A stretch of DNA of 26,533 nt, taken from assembly GCA_049278515.1 (NCBI GenBank), contig JBAPMH010000453.1, positions 1 through 26,533 on the forward strand. The letters run 5' to 3'. The notes under the pieces are model-generated. The model had not been told where the DNA came from. It saw nothing but the letters and a program-made list of their open reading frames with translations, and searched no databases. The position numbers were made by a program, and so were the translations under genes. This stretch comes from Chthoniobacterales bacterium (GTDB lineage Bacteria > Verrucomicrobiota > Verrucomicrobiia > Chthoniobacterales > UBA10450). This document shows positions 1 to 8,067 of the stretch, one piece after another (position 1 is the first letter of the stretch; the number at the start of each line of letters is the position of its first letter).

Positions 1-385
1 TCGCGAGGACCCATTTCTGGCCAAAAGCGATGCCGAAGGAAGTGTCCATCATCGCGAGCGTCCCGTGGCCGAGGCAGTAAACAATCGAGAGATAAAAGAT
101 GGTGCGGTATTTTCCGAGCCACCCGTCAGAGATGATCGCGCCGAGTATGGGCATCCAGTAAACCGACGAGACGAACTGGTGGAACCAGCCCTGGGCCTCG
201 TTCTCCGGCATGCCGGTCAGAACGCCGGATTTGTTGACGAGAAATTGGGTCATGAACCCAATAAGGATGGTCCGCATCCCGTAGAAGCTGAACCGCTCGG
301 CGCCTTCGTTGCCGATGATGTAGGGCACGCCGGGGGGCATGCCCTTGAGATTGGGGGGCGACGTCGCGTACTTCGGGTTAGCCAT
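1..385 (-). CDS. POT/PTR2-family proton-dependent oligopeptide transporter, N-terminal part (gene runs off the window start)
   Basis: Absent from the ORF track because it is truncated by the window edge. The reverse complement starts with ATG (383..385) and reads MANPKYATSPPNLKGMPPGVPYIIGNEGAERFSFYGMRTILIGFMTQFLVNKSG...WFHQFVSSVYWMPILGAIISDGWLGKYRTIF. GNExxERFSFYGMR is the PTR2/POT signature region, and hydrophobic TM-like segments follow. The listed + ORF 65..568 is its antisense shadow. Confidence 0.8.
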   Translation of the reverse strand, partial: MANPKYATSPPNLKGMPPGVPYIIGNEGAERFSFYGMRTILIGFMTQFLVNKSGVLTGMPENEAQGWFHQFVSSVYWMPILGAIISDGWLGKYRTIFYLSIVYCLGHGTLAMMDTSFGIAFGQKWVLA

Positions 386-667
386 GCGACGTCTCCCGCC
401 TGCTTACGGATTCGGCTTGTCGGGGAAAAAGTTAGCTGGAGTGGAACGGGCCGCAGGCGAGGGAGAGTGATGGGCCGTCGAGCCATGTTCCTCGGCCGGA
501 GCTTTGGTGTGCGATTCCATGGGCAATTCATCGACCCGATGGCGCTCGCAGGAGCAATAGAAGATTAACGACCCGGCCGCCGCCGTAAGACCGGCATTGC
601 GAAGAAATGATCGCATAAAGTCTGGCACACTAACCGCCGAGCGTCGGGGGGCGCAAGGAGGAAGATC

Positions 668-789
668 GTCATCCTGAGCGGAGCGAAGCGGAGTCGAAGG
701 ACCCCGTGGAAATTGAAAGCCGCAGCGCGGAATAGCGGATTACGCCGGCGCGCTCGTCCCCGGGGTCCCTCGACTTCGCTCGGGATGAC
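668..789. repeat. Palindromic intergenic repeat (REP/MITE-like), copy 1
   Basis: Left arm GTCATCCTGAGCGGAGCGAAGCGGAGTCGAAGGACCCC (668..705). Right arm GGGGTCCCTCGACTTCGCTCGGGATGAC (762..789), which is its reverse complement apart from a ~10-nt internal duplication in the left arm. The same termini occur at 6403..6490. Confidence 0.7.
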
Positions 790-844
790 TGAAACATTCG
801 CTTTGAAATTGAAAGGGCCAACCGGCGGACTACTGTGAGCCGCA

Positions 845-3292
845 GTGGCCCGCTCGGTAAAAAACAATGCCTGGAACGAAGTCTTCGCTCTGATTCTCCT
901 CGGCGCCGGCACGCTCCTCTTTCTCGCCCTGATTTCTTACACCCCCAAGGATGTGCCCTCGTGGATCTGGTTTAGCCAGGTCTCGACCCCGAACCGGCCC
1001 GCCCAGAATTTCATTGGGCCGTTCGGCGCGATCATCGCCGGTTTCTCGTACATGATGATGGGGGCGGCTTCTTACCTGCTCGCCGTCGTCCTGCTCGGAT
1101 TCGGCGGCGCGAAACTGTTTCAGTCGAATCTGCGGGTGATACCGCGCCTGGGGTGGATTGTTCTCTTCATCATTTCGGGAGCGTGCCTTCTCCAGTTGCA
1201 AACCCAGCATCTGCAAGGCTGGAAATCGTTTTTCAACATCCAGGGACCGGGCGGATGGCTCGGATACTTCATCGGCCAGAAGATGCTGCTCACCTGGATG
1301 GGCGGAGTCGGATCGATCATTCTTCTCGCGGGCCTGTACGTCACGAGCCTCATTCTCATGACGGGGCTACGCCCAATCCACCTGGTGCGCCAAACGGTGG
1401 TTGGGATCCGCCGGGGCCTGGTTGCATTGCGGGAATGGCAACTGAAGCGCCGGCTCCGGAAATCGGATTTGAAGGGACGGTTGGAGATTAGCCAACAGGA
1501 ATTGGCGAAGCAGCAGCGGGTGATCGAAAAGCAGTTGAAGAAAAAGGGGGCACCCGTGGCCGAGCCGGCAGCGGCAGTGATTCCTCCGGAGGAATTGCTC
1601 AACCGGCCTAAACCGAAGGTGGTGGACACGACGGCGTTGCCGAGCGAACCGCCCCCGAAGAAGAAGCCATCGCTGGCCGAGCTTCGGGGGTCGGAGCAGA
1701 AAGCGAAAACTCCTTCCGGGCTGGCGAGCAAGTCATGGAGCGCGGAGAACTACATCCTGCCGGGGTTCGATTTGCTCGATGTGCACGACACTGAAGGGAG
1801 GACCGCTGCCGATCCGGCCGAGCTGGAACAAATCCAGCAGGTCCTGATTGAAACACTGGGCCAGTTCGGGATCGCGGTAGCGGCGGGCGACATCACCAAA
1901 GGGCCCACCATCACGCGCTATGAAGTTTACCCGGCTAAAGGCGTGCGGGTGGACAAGATTGTTGCGCTCGAGCGCGACCTGGCGCGGGCGACGCGGGCCG
2001 AGCGGATCAATATTCTCGCGCCGATTCCGGGCAAGGACACGGTTGGCATCGAGCTGGCGAACACGCGAAAAGTGAAGGTGACGTTACGCGAGCTGCTCCA
2101 ATCGGCGGATTGGGAAGAAACGCGTGCGAAATCAAGGATCCCGCTCGCGCTCGGGAAAGATGTTTACGGCAAGACGATCATTGCCGACCTGGCGCAAATG
2201 CCGCATCTGCTTGTGGCCGGGACAACAGGCAGCGGCAAAAGCGTCTGCATTAACGCGCTCGTCGCCAGCATGATCTTCCGGTTCACGCCGGAAGAACTGC
2301 GTTTCATCATGATCGATCCCAAGGTCGTGGAGATGCAGATGTTCAATGCGCTGCCGCACCTCGCCTTCCCGGTCGTGACCGATCCCAAAAAAGTGCTGCT
2401 CGCTCTCCGCTGGGTGATCGATGAAATGGAGAAGCGCTACAAAATTTTTGCCGCGGCCGGTGTGCGCAACATCACCAGTTTCAATGGGCGTCCGGCCAAA
2501 AAGACGCAGAAGGAATTGGATGCGGATGTAGAGGCGGGTGTCTCACCCGCGAATCGGCGCGATGCGGTCGCCGCGGCGACCGCCGCTACACCTATCAAGG
2601 TCCCGCGCGAGGGCGACGTCGTGATCCCGGACCGTATGCCCTACATCGTCATCATTATTGATGAGTTAGCGGACTTGATGCAGACGGCCCCCGCGGATGT
2701 GGAAAGCGCCATTGCTCGGATCACTCAAATGGCTCGAGCGGCGGGGATTCATCTCATCGTCGCCACCCAAACCCCGCGCGCTGATGTCATCACCGGCGTG
2801 ATCAAGGCGAACATCCCGAGCCGGATCGCGTTTCAAGTCGCCTCGAAAATCGATAGCCGTGTCATCCTTGATGAAAACGGGGCCGATCGCCTGCTCGGCC
2901 AGGGGGACATGCTTTATCTCCCGCCGAGCACGTCGCGGCTCATTCGCGCCCAGGGCGTTCTCGTGACCGACGAAGAAATCCATCGCCTGGTCGAGTTTGT
3001 TTCGGCCCAAAGCCCGCCGACATTCGACACCTCGATGCAGGACAAGCTCGAATCAACCAGCACGATGGACGAGGAAGAGGTAACCGACGAGGACGAGGAA
3101 CTGGTCGAGAAGTGCCTCGAGATTATCCGGCAGGAAAAACGGGCGTCGACGTCGCTGCTGCAGCGCCGTCTGCGCCTGGGTTATACGCGCGCGGCGCGCA
3201 TCGTTGATATTCTGGAGCAGCGCGGCATATTGGGGCCGGGCGAGGGCGCGAAGCCGCGCGAGATTCTCGTCGACCTCGACGCCGCGGTGTAA
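845..3292 (+). CDS. ftsK: DNA translocase FtsK/SpoIIIE
   Basis: 815-aa ORF with GTG start. It has N-terminal multi-TM region, a Pro/Lys-rich linker, a motor domain with Walker A VAGTTGSGKSV and IIIDELADLM, and a C-terminal gamma winged-helix (LLQRRLRLGYTRAARIVDILEQRGILG). Confidence 0.95.
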   Translation: MARSVKNNAWNEVFALILLGAGTLLFLALISYTPKDVPSWIWFSQVSTPNRPAQNFIGPFGAIIAGFSYMMMGAASYLLAVVLLGFGGAKLFQSNLRVIPRLGWIVLFIISGACLLQLQTQHLQGWKSFFNIQGPGGWLGYFIGQKMLLTWMGGVGSIILLAGLYVTSLILMTGLRPIHLVRQTVVGIRRGLVALREWQLKRRLRKSDLKGRLEISQQELAKQQRVIEKQLKKKGAPVAEPAAAVIPPEELLNRPKPKVVDTTALPSEPPPKKKPSLAELRGSEQKAKTPSGLASKSWSAENYILPGFDLLDVHDTEGRTAADPAELEQIQQVLIETLGQFGIAVAAGDITKGPTITRYEVYPAKGVRVDKIVALERDLARATRAERINILAPIPGKDTVGIELANTRKVKVTLRELLQSADWEETRAKSRIPLALGKDVYGKTIIADLAQMPHLLVAGTTGSGKSVCINALVASMIFRFTPEELRFIMIDPKVVEMQMFNALPHLAFPVVTDPKKVLLALRWVIDEMEKRYKIFAAAGVRNITSFNGRPAKKTQKELDADVEAGVSPANRRDAVAAATAATPIKVPREGDVVIPDRMPYIVIIIDELADLMQTAPADVESAIARITQMARAAGIHLIVATQTPRADVITGVIKANIPSRIAFQVASKIDSRVILDENGADRLLGQGDMLYLPPSTSRLIRAQGVLVTDEEIHRLVEFVSAQSPPTFDTSMQDKLESTSTMDEEEVTDEDEELVEKCLEIIRQEKRASTSLLQRRLRLGYTRAARIVDILEQRGILGPGEGAKPREILVDLDAAV

Positions 3293-3314
3293 CCGGGCAA
3301 CGGACGAATTTTTC

Positions 3315-4085
3315 ATGGAAGGTCTTGGTAAAAAATTAAAAGAAGCGCGTTTAGCGCGAAACCTCACTCTCGAAGAAGCAGGCCGGCTGACCAAAATCAG
3401 GCCGGGCCGGCTCGAAGAAATCGAGAACGAGGATTTCTCGCAATTCGCCAGCCTGGCGTACGCCAAGGGGTTTCTGCTCATCTACGGGAAATTTCTCGAA
3501 GTAGATGTAAGCCCCTATCTGGAGGCGTTCGAAACATCGGAGCACGTCACCGTGGACGGGTATGCTTACCTTCAGGAGACGCCGGAGCCCATGCCCAGCC
3601 GCCCGGTGGTGGTCCGGCGGCCAAGAAGTAGCGGTGAGCGCACGTCGCTTTGGCCATTTGTTATCGGTGTCTTGGTACTGGTCATCGGATTTACGGTCAT
3701 GAAATCGCTCCTCCAGGTGCAGCGGCTCAAGCCGAGACCCTCTCCGACCCCCGGCTTTTCGCCGGCCGCAACCGAGACCGCCTCGGACAAGATTATTGCG
3801 CCTCACGCCCTGCCGGTGGAAAGCACGACCCCGGCGGCGACTGACGTGAGTTCCGCGGCGCCTACACCGCCGCCGACCGTCGCCCCTACGAGCACGCCGC
3901 ACGTGCCCTCGGCCCCGGCTGCTGAGCCTGAAGTGCGCCGGGCGGAACCGGTGCATCCGGATGAGGTGGCGAAACAGCCTCCGGTGACGCCCCGGCCTAC
4001 GGCGTCCCCAAGAAAGTCACCGCGCCGGGTCACACCGACGCCGGCTCCCCGGCCTACCGTGTTGACCACGCCTCGGGCGCGCTAG
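3315..4085 (+). CDS. XRE-type HTH membrane protein, RodZ-like (HTH + one TM + Pro-rich tail)
   Basis: An internal ATG at 3315 gives MEGLGKKLKEARLARNLTLEEAGRLTKIRPGRLEEIENEDF (HTH_25/RodZ-like N-terminus), a TM segment LWPFVIGVLVLVIGFTVM, then a Pro/Thr/Ala-rich tail. It starts 22 nt after the ftsK stop. The ORF-track start at 3204 overlaps ftsK and is unlikely. Confidence 0.7.
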   Translation: MEGLGKKLKEARLARNLTLEEAGRLTKIRPGRLEEIENEDFSQFASLAYAKGFLLIYGKFLEVDVSPYLEAFETSEHVTVDGYAYLQETPEPMPSRPVVVRRPRSSGERTSLWPFVIGVLVLVIGFTVMKSLLQVQRLKPRPSPTPGFSPAATETASDKIIAPHALPVESTTPAATDVSSAAPTPPPTVAPTSTPHVPSAPAAEPEVRRAEPVHPDEVAKQPPVTPRPTASPRKSPRRVTPTPAPRPTVLTTPRAR

Positions 4086-4105
4086 GAGCCCCAACTCTTG
4101 TTGAA

Positions 4106-5476
4106 ATGATCAGCGAAACGGTATCGCCCCCGAAGGTCGGCATGATCAGTCTGGGGTGCGCAAAAAACCTTGTCGATGCGGAGATCATGCTGGGGAGCGT
4201 GTTGGAGCAGGGCATGGAAATCACTTCGAGCGCCGAGGAGGCGGATGTGATCGTGGTGAACACCTGCGCATTTATCGATTCGGCGAAGGAAGAGTCGATC
4301 GAAGCAATTCTCGAGGCGCATCAACAGCGCGGGCTCGGGAAAAAGCCCGGCCAAAAATTGATCGTGAGCGGATGCATGTCGCAGCGTTTTTCGCGTGAGC
4401 TGCGCGAATCTCTCCCCGAGGTGGATGCTTTCGTCGGCCTGGACCAGGTGAGCGAGATGGGAGCGATCGTCCAGCGCGTCCTGAAGGTCGAGAACGATCG
4501 GGGTCATTCCTTTGTCACCGACCGGCCGACTTACATTCCGAATTACGATACGCCACGGTTCCGGCTCACCCCAACGCACAGCGCCTACCTGAAGATCGCG
4601 GAAGGATGCAATCACCCCTGCAGCTTTTGCGTAATCCCGCAGATGCGTGGACGGCACCGCAGCCGCCAGCCCGGTTCGATTCTCGCGGAGATTCGGGCGC
4701 TGATCACCGAAGGGGTGAAAGAGATCAACCTGATCAGCCAGGACACGACTTATTACGGAATGGATTTGTGGGCGGCGAAAGCCGGGCCCCGCCAGCCGGT
4801 CGATTCCTCGAGGGGACCGACTCTTGCCGCGCTGCTTCGAGAGATCCAAACCATCGAAGGCGATTTTTGGGTGCGGCTGCTCTACACGCACCCGGCCCAT
4901 TGGAGCAGGGAATTGATCGAGACGATCGCTCAATGCGACAAGGTTGCGCGCTACATCGACATGCCGCTCCAGCATATTGAGGAAGGCATGCTCGGGCGGA
5001 TGCGCCGCGAAACGAGCCGGGCTCATATCGAGGAGGTCATTGGGGATCTGCGCGCGGGAATTCCGGGGGTCGCGTTGCGGACGACCTTCATTGTTGGTTT
5101 TCCTGGCGAAACCGAGGCGGCATTCGAGTCGCTCCTGGAATTCATCGATCGCACCCGTTTTGAGCGGCTGGGGGTTTTCAAATATTCCCAGGAGGAGGGT
5201 TCCCGCGCCGCCAAGATGCCGGAGCAAATCCCTGCGAAGATCAAGAACGATCGTTATCGTCGTGCCATGAGCGTGCAACAGCGGATTGCTCGCGAGATGG
5301 CCGCCGAAAAGGTCGGGCGCGAGATGCGGTTGCTGGTCGATCAGCCGCTCGTCGCCCGCACGGAAATGGACGCGCCGGACGTGGATGCGCGGGTGATTCT
5401 TTCGCAGCCGGAGATCGTCGGTCAGTTTGTCGAACGACGGATAACGGGCAGTCGCGGCTACGATTTGCTGGCTTAG
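4106..5476 (+). CDS. rimO: Ribosomal protein S12 methylthiotransferase RimO (MiaB-family radical SAM)
   Basis: N-terminal VGMISLGCAKNLVDAEIMLG is typical of RimO UPF0004 domains. It has the radical-SAM motif CNHPCSFC (CxxxCxxC) and a C-terminal TRAM-like segment. The start could instead be the ATG at 4142. Confidence 0.85.
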   Translation: MISETVSPPKVGMISLGCAKNLVDAEIMLGSVLEQGMEITSSAEEADVIVVNTCAFIDSAKEESIEAILEAHQQRGLGKKPGQKLIVSGCMSQRFSRELRESLPEVDAFVGLDQVSEMGAIVQRVLKVENDRGHSFVTDRPTYIPNYDTPRFRLTPTHSAYLKIAEGCNHPCSFCVIPQMRGRHRSRQPGSILAEIRALITEGVKEINLISQDTTYYGMDLWAAKAGPRQPVDSSRGPTLAALLREIQTIEGDFWVRLLYTHPAHWSRELIETIAQCDKVARYIDMPLQHIEEGMLGRMRRETSRAHIEEVIGDLRAGIPGVALRTTFIVGFPGETEAAFESLLEFIDRTRFERLGVFKYSQEEGSRAAKMPEQIPAKIKNDRYRRAMSVQQRIAREMAAEKVGREMRLLVDQPLVARTEMDAPDVDARVILSQPEIVGQFVERRITGSRGYDLLA

Positions 5477-5483
5477 GCGGCGT

Positions 5484-5554
5484 TGTAGCCGGGATCGTTG
5501 ATTCCGGCCTGGATTGCGTAGCGTCTGCCACCGGGATCACCGATCCCGGCTACA
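5484..5554. repeat. 14-bp perfect inverted repeat TGTAGCCGGGATCG / CGATCCCGGCTACA with 43-nt spacer, just after the rimO stop
   Basis: Arms lie at 5484..5497 and 5541..5554. An extra CCGGGATC copy sits at 5531..5538. It may be a terminator or a REP-like structure; there is no T-tract. Confidence 0.4.
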
Positions 5555-5621
5555 GAGCCAAATTAACGAGTGACAACGCCCGGGGGATTATGCGATTTTT
5601 CGCGGACGTCTCGCTCCCCCC

Positions 5622-5867
5622 ATGAGTGAACCACACCAGGATACTGTTCGCATTCCACCCGCCCCCGCGCCGGACCATTTTGTGCCGGGCCCGAAAAAGG
5701 ACACGGCGCGCATCGCAATCCTGCCAAGGGCCACCCCGGCGCCCGTTGTCGCCGCCGCCAGACCGGTCGCCGCCCTCGATTCCATTCCCAAACCGTACTA
5801 CTGGGCAATCTTTGGTTTGGCCGCCCTAATTTTTATCATTCAAATTTGGAATTTCTTTGTATCGTAG
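5622..5867 (+). CDS. Small hypothetical membrane protein (Pro-rich N-terminus, C-terminal TM)
   Basis: 81 aa, ending in YYWAIFGLAALIFIIQIWNFFVS. Its stop is 3 nt before the trxA start, which suggests co-translation with trxA. No recognisable family and no clear SD. Confidence 0.45.
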   Translation: MSEPHQDTVRIPPAPAPDHFVPGPKKDTARIAILPRATPAPVVAAARPVAALDSIPKPYYWAIFGLAALIFIIQIWNFFVS

Positions 5868-5870
5868 GGG

Positions 5871-6200
5871 ATGGACAATTCCGCCGCTATTACACTGGAC
5901 GATTCTAATTTTGACAAGGAAGTGAATCAAAGCGCGCAACCGGTGCTGGTTGATTTTTGGGCCGAATGGTGCGGTCCCTGTAAAATGATCGCGCCGCTGA
6001 TTGACGAGATTGCCAAGGAAAAAGCCGGCTCGGTGAAGGTCGCGAAAGTAAATGTCGACGACAACCAGAGCCTCTCCATGAAGTATAACGTCCGCGCGAT
6101 TCCCGCGCTGCTTTTCTTCAAAGATGGCCAGTTGCGCGATCAGATCGTCGGGATGACGAGCAAGAAGGATTTGCTCGGCAGGCTCGAGGCGCTGGCGTGA
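5871..6200 (+). CDS. trxA: Thioredoxin
   Basis: 109 aa with the active site WAEWCGPCK and typical thioredoxin length and layout (VLVDFWAEWCGPCKMIAP...IPALLFFKDG). Confidence 0.95.
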   Translation: MDNSAAITLDDSNFDKEVNQSAQPVLVDFWAEWCGPCKMIAPLIDEIAKEKAGSVKVAKVNVDDNQSLSMKYNVRAIPALLFFKDGQLRDQIVGMTSKKDLLGRLEALA

Positions 6201-6206
6201 GGCCAC

Positions 6207-6277
6207 TTAACGAATTAGCGACTGAATGATTTAGCGAATTCAGGCAATCGCTAATTCGCTCAATCGCTAAGTCGTTA
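6207..6277. terminator. Long imperfect hairpin between convergent trxA and tRNA-Arg (probable bidirectional terminator)
   Basis: Outer stem TTAACGAATTAGCGA (6207..6221) pairs with TCGCTAAGTCGTTAA (6263..6277), 14/15 positions. Inner stem ATTTAGCGAATT pairs with AATTCGCT. It is built from reiterated TTAGCGA-like ~7-nt units. Confidence 0.5.
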
Positions 6278-6284
6278 AATGAAT

Positions 6285-6358
6285 TGCGCCCGGCGCGGCT
6301 CGAACGCGCAACCTACAGCTTCGGAGGCTGTCACTCTATCCAGTTGAGCTACGGGCGC
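6285..6358 (-). tRNA. tRNA-Arg (anticodon CCG)
   Basis: The reverse complement GCGCCCGTAGCTCAACTGGATAGAGTGACAGCCTCCGAAGCTGTAGGTTGCGCGTTCGAGCCGCGCCGGGCGCA folds as a 74-nt cloverleaf:
- acceptor GCGCCCG/CGGGCGC;
- D stem GCTC/GAGT;
- anticodon stem ACAGC/GCTGT with loop CT-CCG-AA;
- T stem GCGCG/CGCGC with loop TTCGAGC.
CCA is not encoded. Confidence 0.9.
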
Positions 6359-6402
6359 AGCTTTCGCGGATTATAGCGGGGCAACGGGGCGATCACAACC
6401 GT

Positions 6403-6490
6403 CTGTCATCCCGAGCGTAGTCGAGGGATCCCGCCGCGAAACCCCAAAGCCAGCAATTCGGGATCCCTCGACTGGCGCTCGGGATGACAG
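6403..6490. repeat. Palindromic intergenic repeat (REP/MITE-like), copy 2
   Basis: CTGTCATCCCGAGCGTAGTCGAGGGATCCC (6403..6432) and GGGATCCCTCGACTGGCGCTCGGGATGACAG (6460..6490) are inverted repeats around a 27-nt loop. The terminal GTCATCC[C/T]GAGCG motif matches copy 1. Confidence 0.7.
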
Positions 6491-6568
6491 AGGAAGAATG
6501 GCCATTTGCATTTTCGGCCTCCCCGCCTGAAAATGACCGCCCCCCAGCCGACCTGGAGAAAACCCATT

Positions 6569-6910
6569 ATGAGCAGCATTATCGACGCAATTGAGAAGGA
6601 ACAGTTCAAAACCGACGTCACAAAGTTCAAGGTCGGCGACGGTGTCCGTGTTCATACCCGGGTAGTGGAAGGCGACAAGGAACGGATCCAAATCTTCGCC
6701 GGGATCGTGATTGGCCGCAAAGGCCGGGGTCTGAATGAGACCTTCACGGTCCGGCGCATTTCCTACGGCGAAGGGGTCGAGCGCGTTTTTCCGATCCACT
6801 CGCCCCGGATTGCGAAGGTCGAAGTGGAGAAGGAAGGCCGAGCCCGCCGGGCGAAGCTGAACTATCTCCGCAACCGCAAGGGCAAGGAAGCGACCGCGGT
6901 GCGGGAATAG
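6569..6910 (+). CDS. rplS: 50S ribosomal protein L19
   Basis: From the internal ATG at 6569 (GGAG 10 nt upstream) it reads [86 protein letters not shown], a typical L19 sequence. The ORF-track start at 6506 lies inside the repeat element. Confidence 0.95.
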   Translation: MSSIIDAIEKEQFKTDVTKFKVGDGVRVHTRVVEGDKERIQIFAGIVIGRKGRGLNETFTVRRISYGEGVERVFPIHSPRIAKVEVEKEGRARRAKLNYLRNRKGKEATAVRE

Positions 6911-6915
6911 GGAAT

Positions 6916-6976
6916 GTGAATAGTGATCAGTGACTGGTGAATGGCATCTATTCACCGATCACCAGTCACCATTCAC
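6916..6976 (+). terminator. rplS terminator: 29-bp imperfect hairpin made of GTGANNN heptads
   Basis: GTGAATAGTGATCAGTGACTGGTGAATGG (6916..6944), loop CAT, then CTATTCACCGATCACCAGTCACCATTCAC (6948..6976). My hand pairing gives 22 Watson-Crick pairs, 3 G-T pairs and 4 mismatches. A T-rich tract ACTTTCGATTTT follows. Confidence 0.6.
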
Positions 6977-7022
6977 ACTTTCGATTTTCCAGTCGGCTTG
7001 GCATTAGCTACGATGTTGATCC

Positions 7023-7733
7023 ATGTACCGACGTTGTGGATTCCGGCATGAGCGAAAACTCCGCGCGCTTGGTATCACCACGATCGCCGGCATCGATGAA
7101 GCCGGCCGCGGCGCTCTCGCCGGTCCGGTCGTGGCGGCGGTTGTTATCCTCCCGGAAAAGTTCCGCCACCGGAAACTGAACGATTCGAAGCAGCTGTTGC
7201 CTGAGAAACGCCAGGAGATCTACCAGGACATCGTTGGGAACGATTCGATCCGCTGGGCGGTCGGAATCGTGGACTCAATCGAAATCGACACGATCAATAT
7301 CCTCCGGGCGACCCACAAGGCGATGCGCCTCGCGCTTTCCGGGCTCGCCCTTCAACCCGAGCACGTCCTCATCGATGGCCTGCCGGTGTTCCCTTTCCCG
7401 CTACCCCAAACTGCCATTATTGACGGCGATTGCTTCAGCCTCAGCATCGCCGCAGCGAGCGTGATCGCGAAGGTGACGCGCGATACGATTATGCGCGACT
7501 TTTGCGCTCGATATCCCGAGTATTGCTTCAGCCAGCACAAAGGCTACGGCACGGAACTACACCTGATTAAACTGCATGAACACGGGCCTTGTCCGATTCA
7601 TCGACGATCTTTCGAACCGGTGGCGCAGCCGGTTTTCGAGTTCGCCTCCCCGGCATCTGCGACTTGGCACGCGGGGGGAGAAACTGGCCGGCAAATTTCT
7701 CCGCCGGAACGGTTACAAAATTCTGTCTCGTAA
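7023..7733 (+). CDS. rnhB: Ribonuclease HII
   Basis: IAGIDEAGRGALAGPVVAAVVIL, NDSKQL and a C-terminal HRRSFEPV are RNase HII hallmarks. The ORF continues ~36 aa past the usual end and overlaps the next gene by 158 nt, so the 3' end is uncertain. Confidence 0.85.
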   Translation: MYRRCGFRHERKLRALGITTIAGIDEAGRGALAGPVVAAVVILPEKFRHRKLNDSKQLLPEKRQEIYQDIVGNDSIRWAVGIVDSIEIDTINILRATHKAMRLALSGLALQPEHVLIDGLPVFPFPLPQTAIIDGDCFSLSIAAASVIAKVTRDTIMRDFCARYPEYCFSQHKGYGTELHLIKLHEHGPCPIHRRSFEPVAQPVFEFASPASATWHAGGETGRQISPPERLQNSVS

Positions 7734-8028
7734 TTTTCGAGGTCGCACCGGTGGGGAGATCGACCTGGTCTGCCGCGATGGCGACACCCTGGTTTTCGTG
7801 GAGGTCAAAACGCGAACGCGGGAAGATTTTGGCCGGCCTCTCGATGCCGTGGATCGGGACAAGCGAAAACGAATTTCTCGCGGAGGCCTGGCCTGGCTGC
7901 GCCTGCTCGGCAATCCCGACATCCTCTTTCGGTTCGATGTCGTGGAAGTAATCATCGCGGAAGACGCCGAGCCGCGGCTGCAACTTCTGCGGAACGCTTT
8001 CTCCCTCCCCGAGCCTTACATTTACTAA
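7576..8028 (+). CDS. YraN-family (UPF0102) endonuclease-like protein
   Basis: LGTRGEKLAGKFLRRNGYKILSRNFRGRTGGEIDLVCRDGDTLVFVEVKTRT matches the YraN/UPF0102 core. The rnhB-yraN order is a commonly conserved pairing. The only canonical in-frame start is the ATG at 7576, which lies inside rnhB. Confidence 0.8.
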   Translation: MNTGLVRFIDDLSNRWRSRFSSSPPRHLRLGTRGEKLAGKFLRRNGYKILSRNFRGRTGGEIDLVCRDGDTLVFVEVKTRTREDFGRPLDAVDRDKRKRISRGGLAWLRLLGNPDILFRFDVVEVIIAEDAEPRLQLLRNAFSLPEPYIY

Positions 8029-8067
8029 ACGAAATGACGTGACCGGGCGTCGTGGCGACCGGGCCCG

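Noticed and set aside
65-568. 167-aa + strand ORF at the window start, plus minus-strand ORFs 250..531, 404..628 and 565..912.
   Set aside because: 65..568 is antisense to the POT transporter N-terminus (ERFSFYGMR motif on the minus strand). The others cover intergenic sequence and the palindromic repeat, and have no motifs.
623-637. Sigma54-type promoter motifs: TGGCAC-N7-GC at 623..637 (+), and TGGGCAC...GTGCA at about 26178..26197 (+) upstream of the response regulator.
   Set aside because: The first has a perfect -24 TGGCAC with correct GG-N10-GC spacing but a poor -12 element (CCGC rather than TTGC). It sits 200 nt and one repeat element upstream of ftsK, which is an unlikely sigma54 target. 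The second has spacing one nt too long by my count. Both are plausible chance matches.
4082-5278. 398-aa ORF on the minus strand.
   Set aside because: It is entirely antisense to rimO, whose radical-SAM and RimO motifs are unambiguous. It is rich in Arg, Pro and Ala, as expected for a shadow frame in GC-rich DNA.
6371-6955. 194-aa minus-strand ORF.
   Set aside because: It runs antisense through rplS and through the palindromic repeat and terminator hairpin. The L19 reading on the plus strand is unambiguous.
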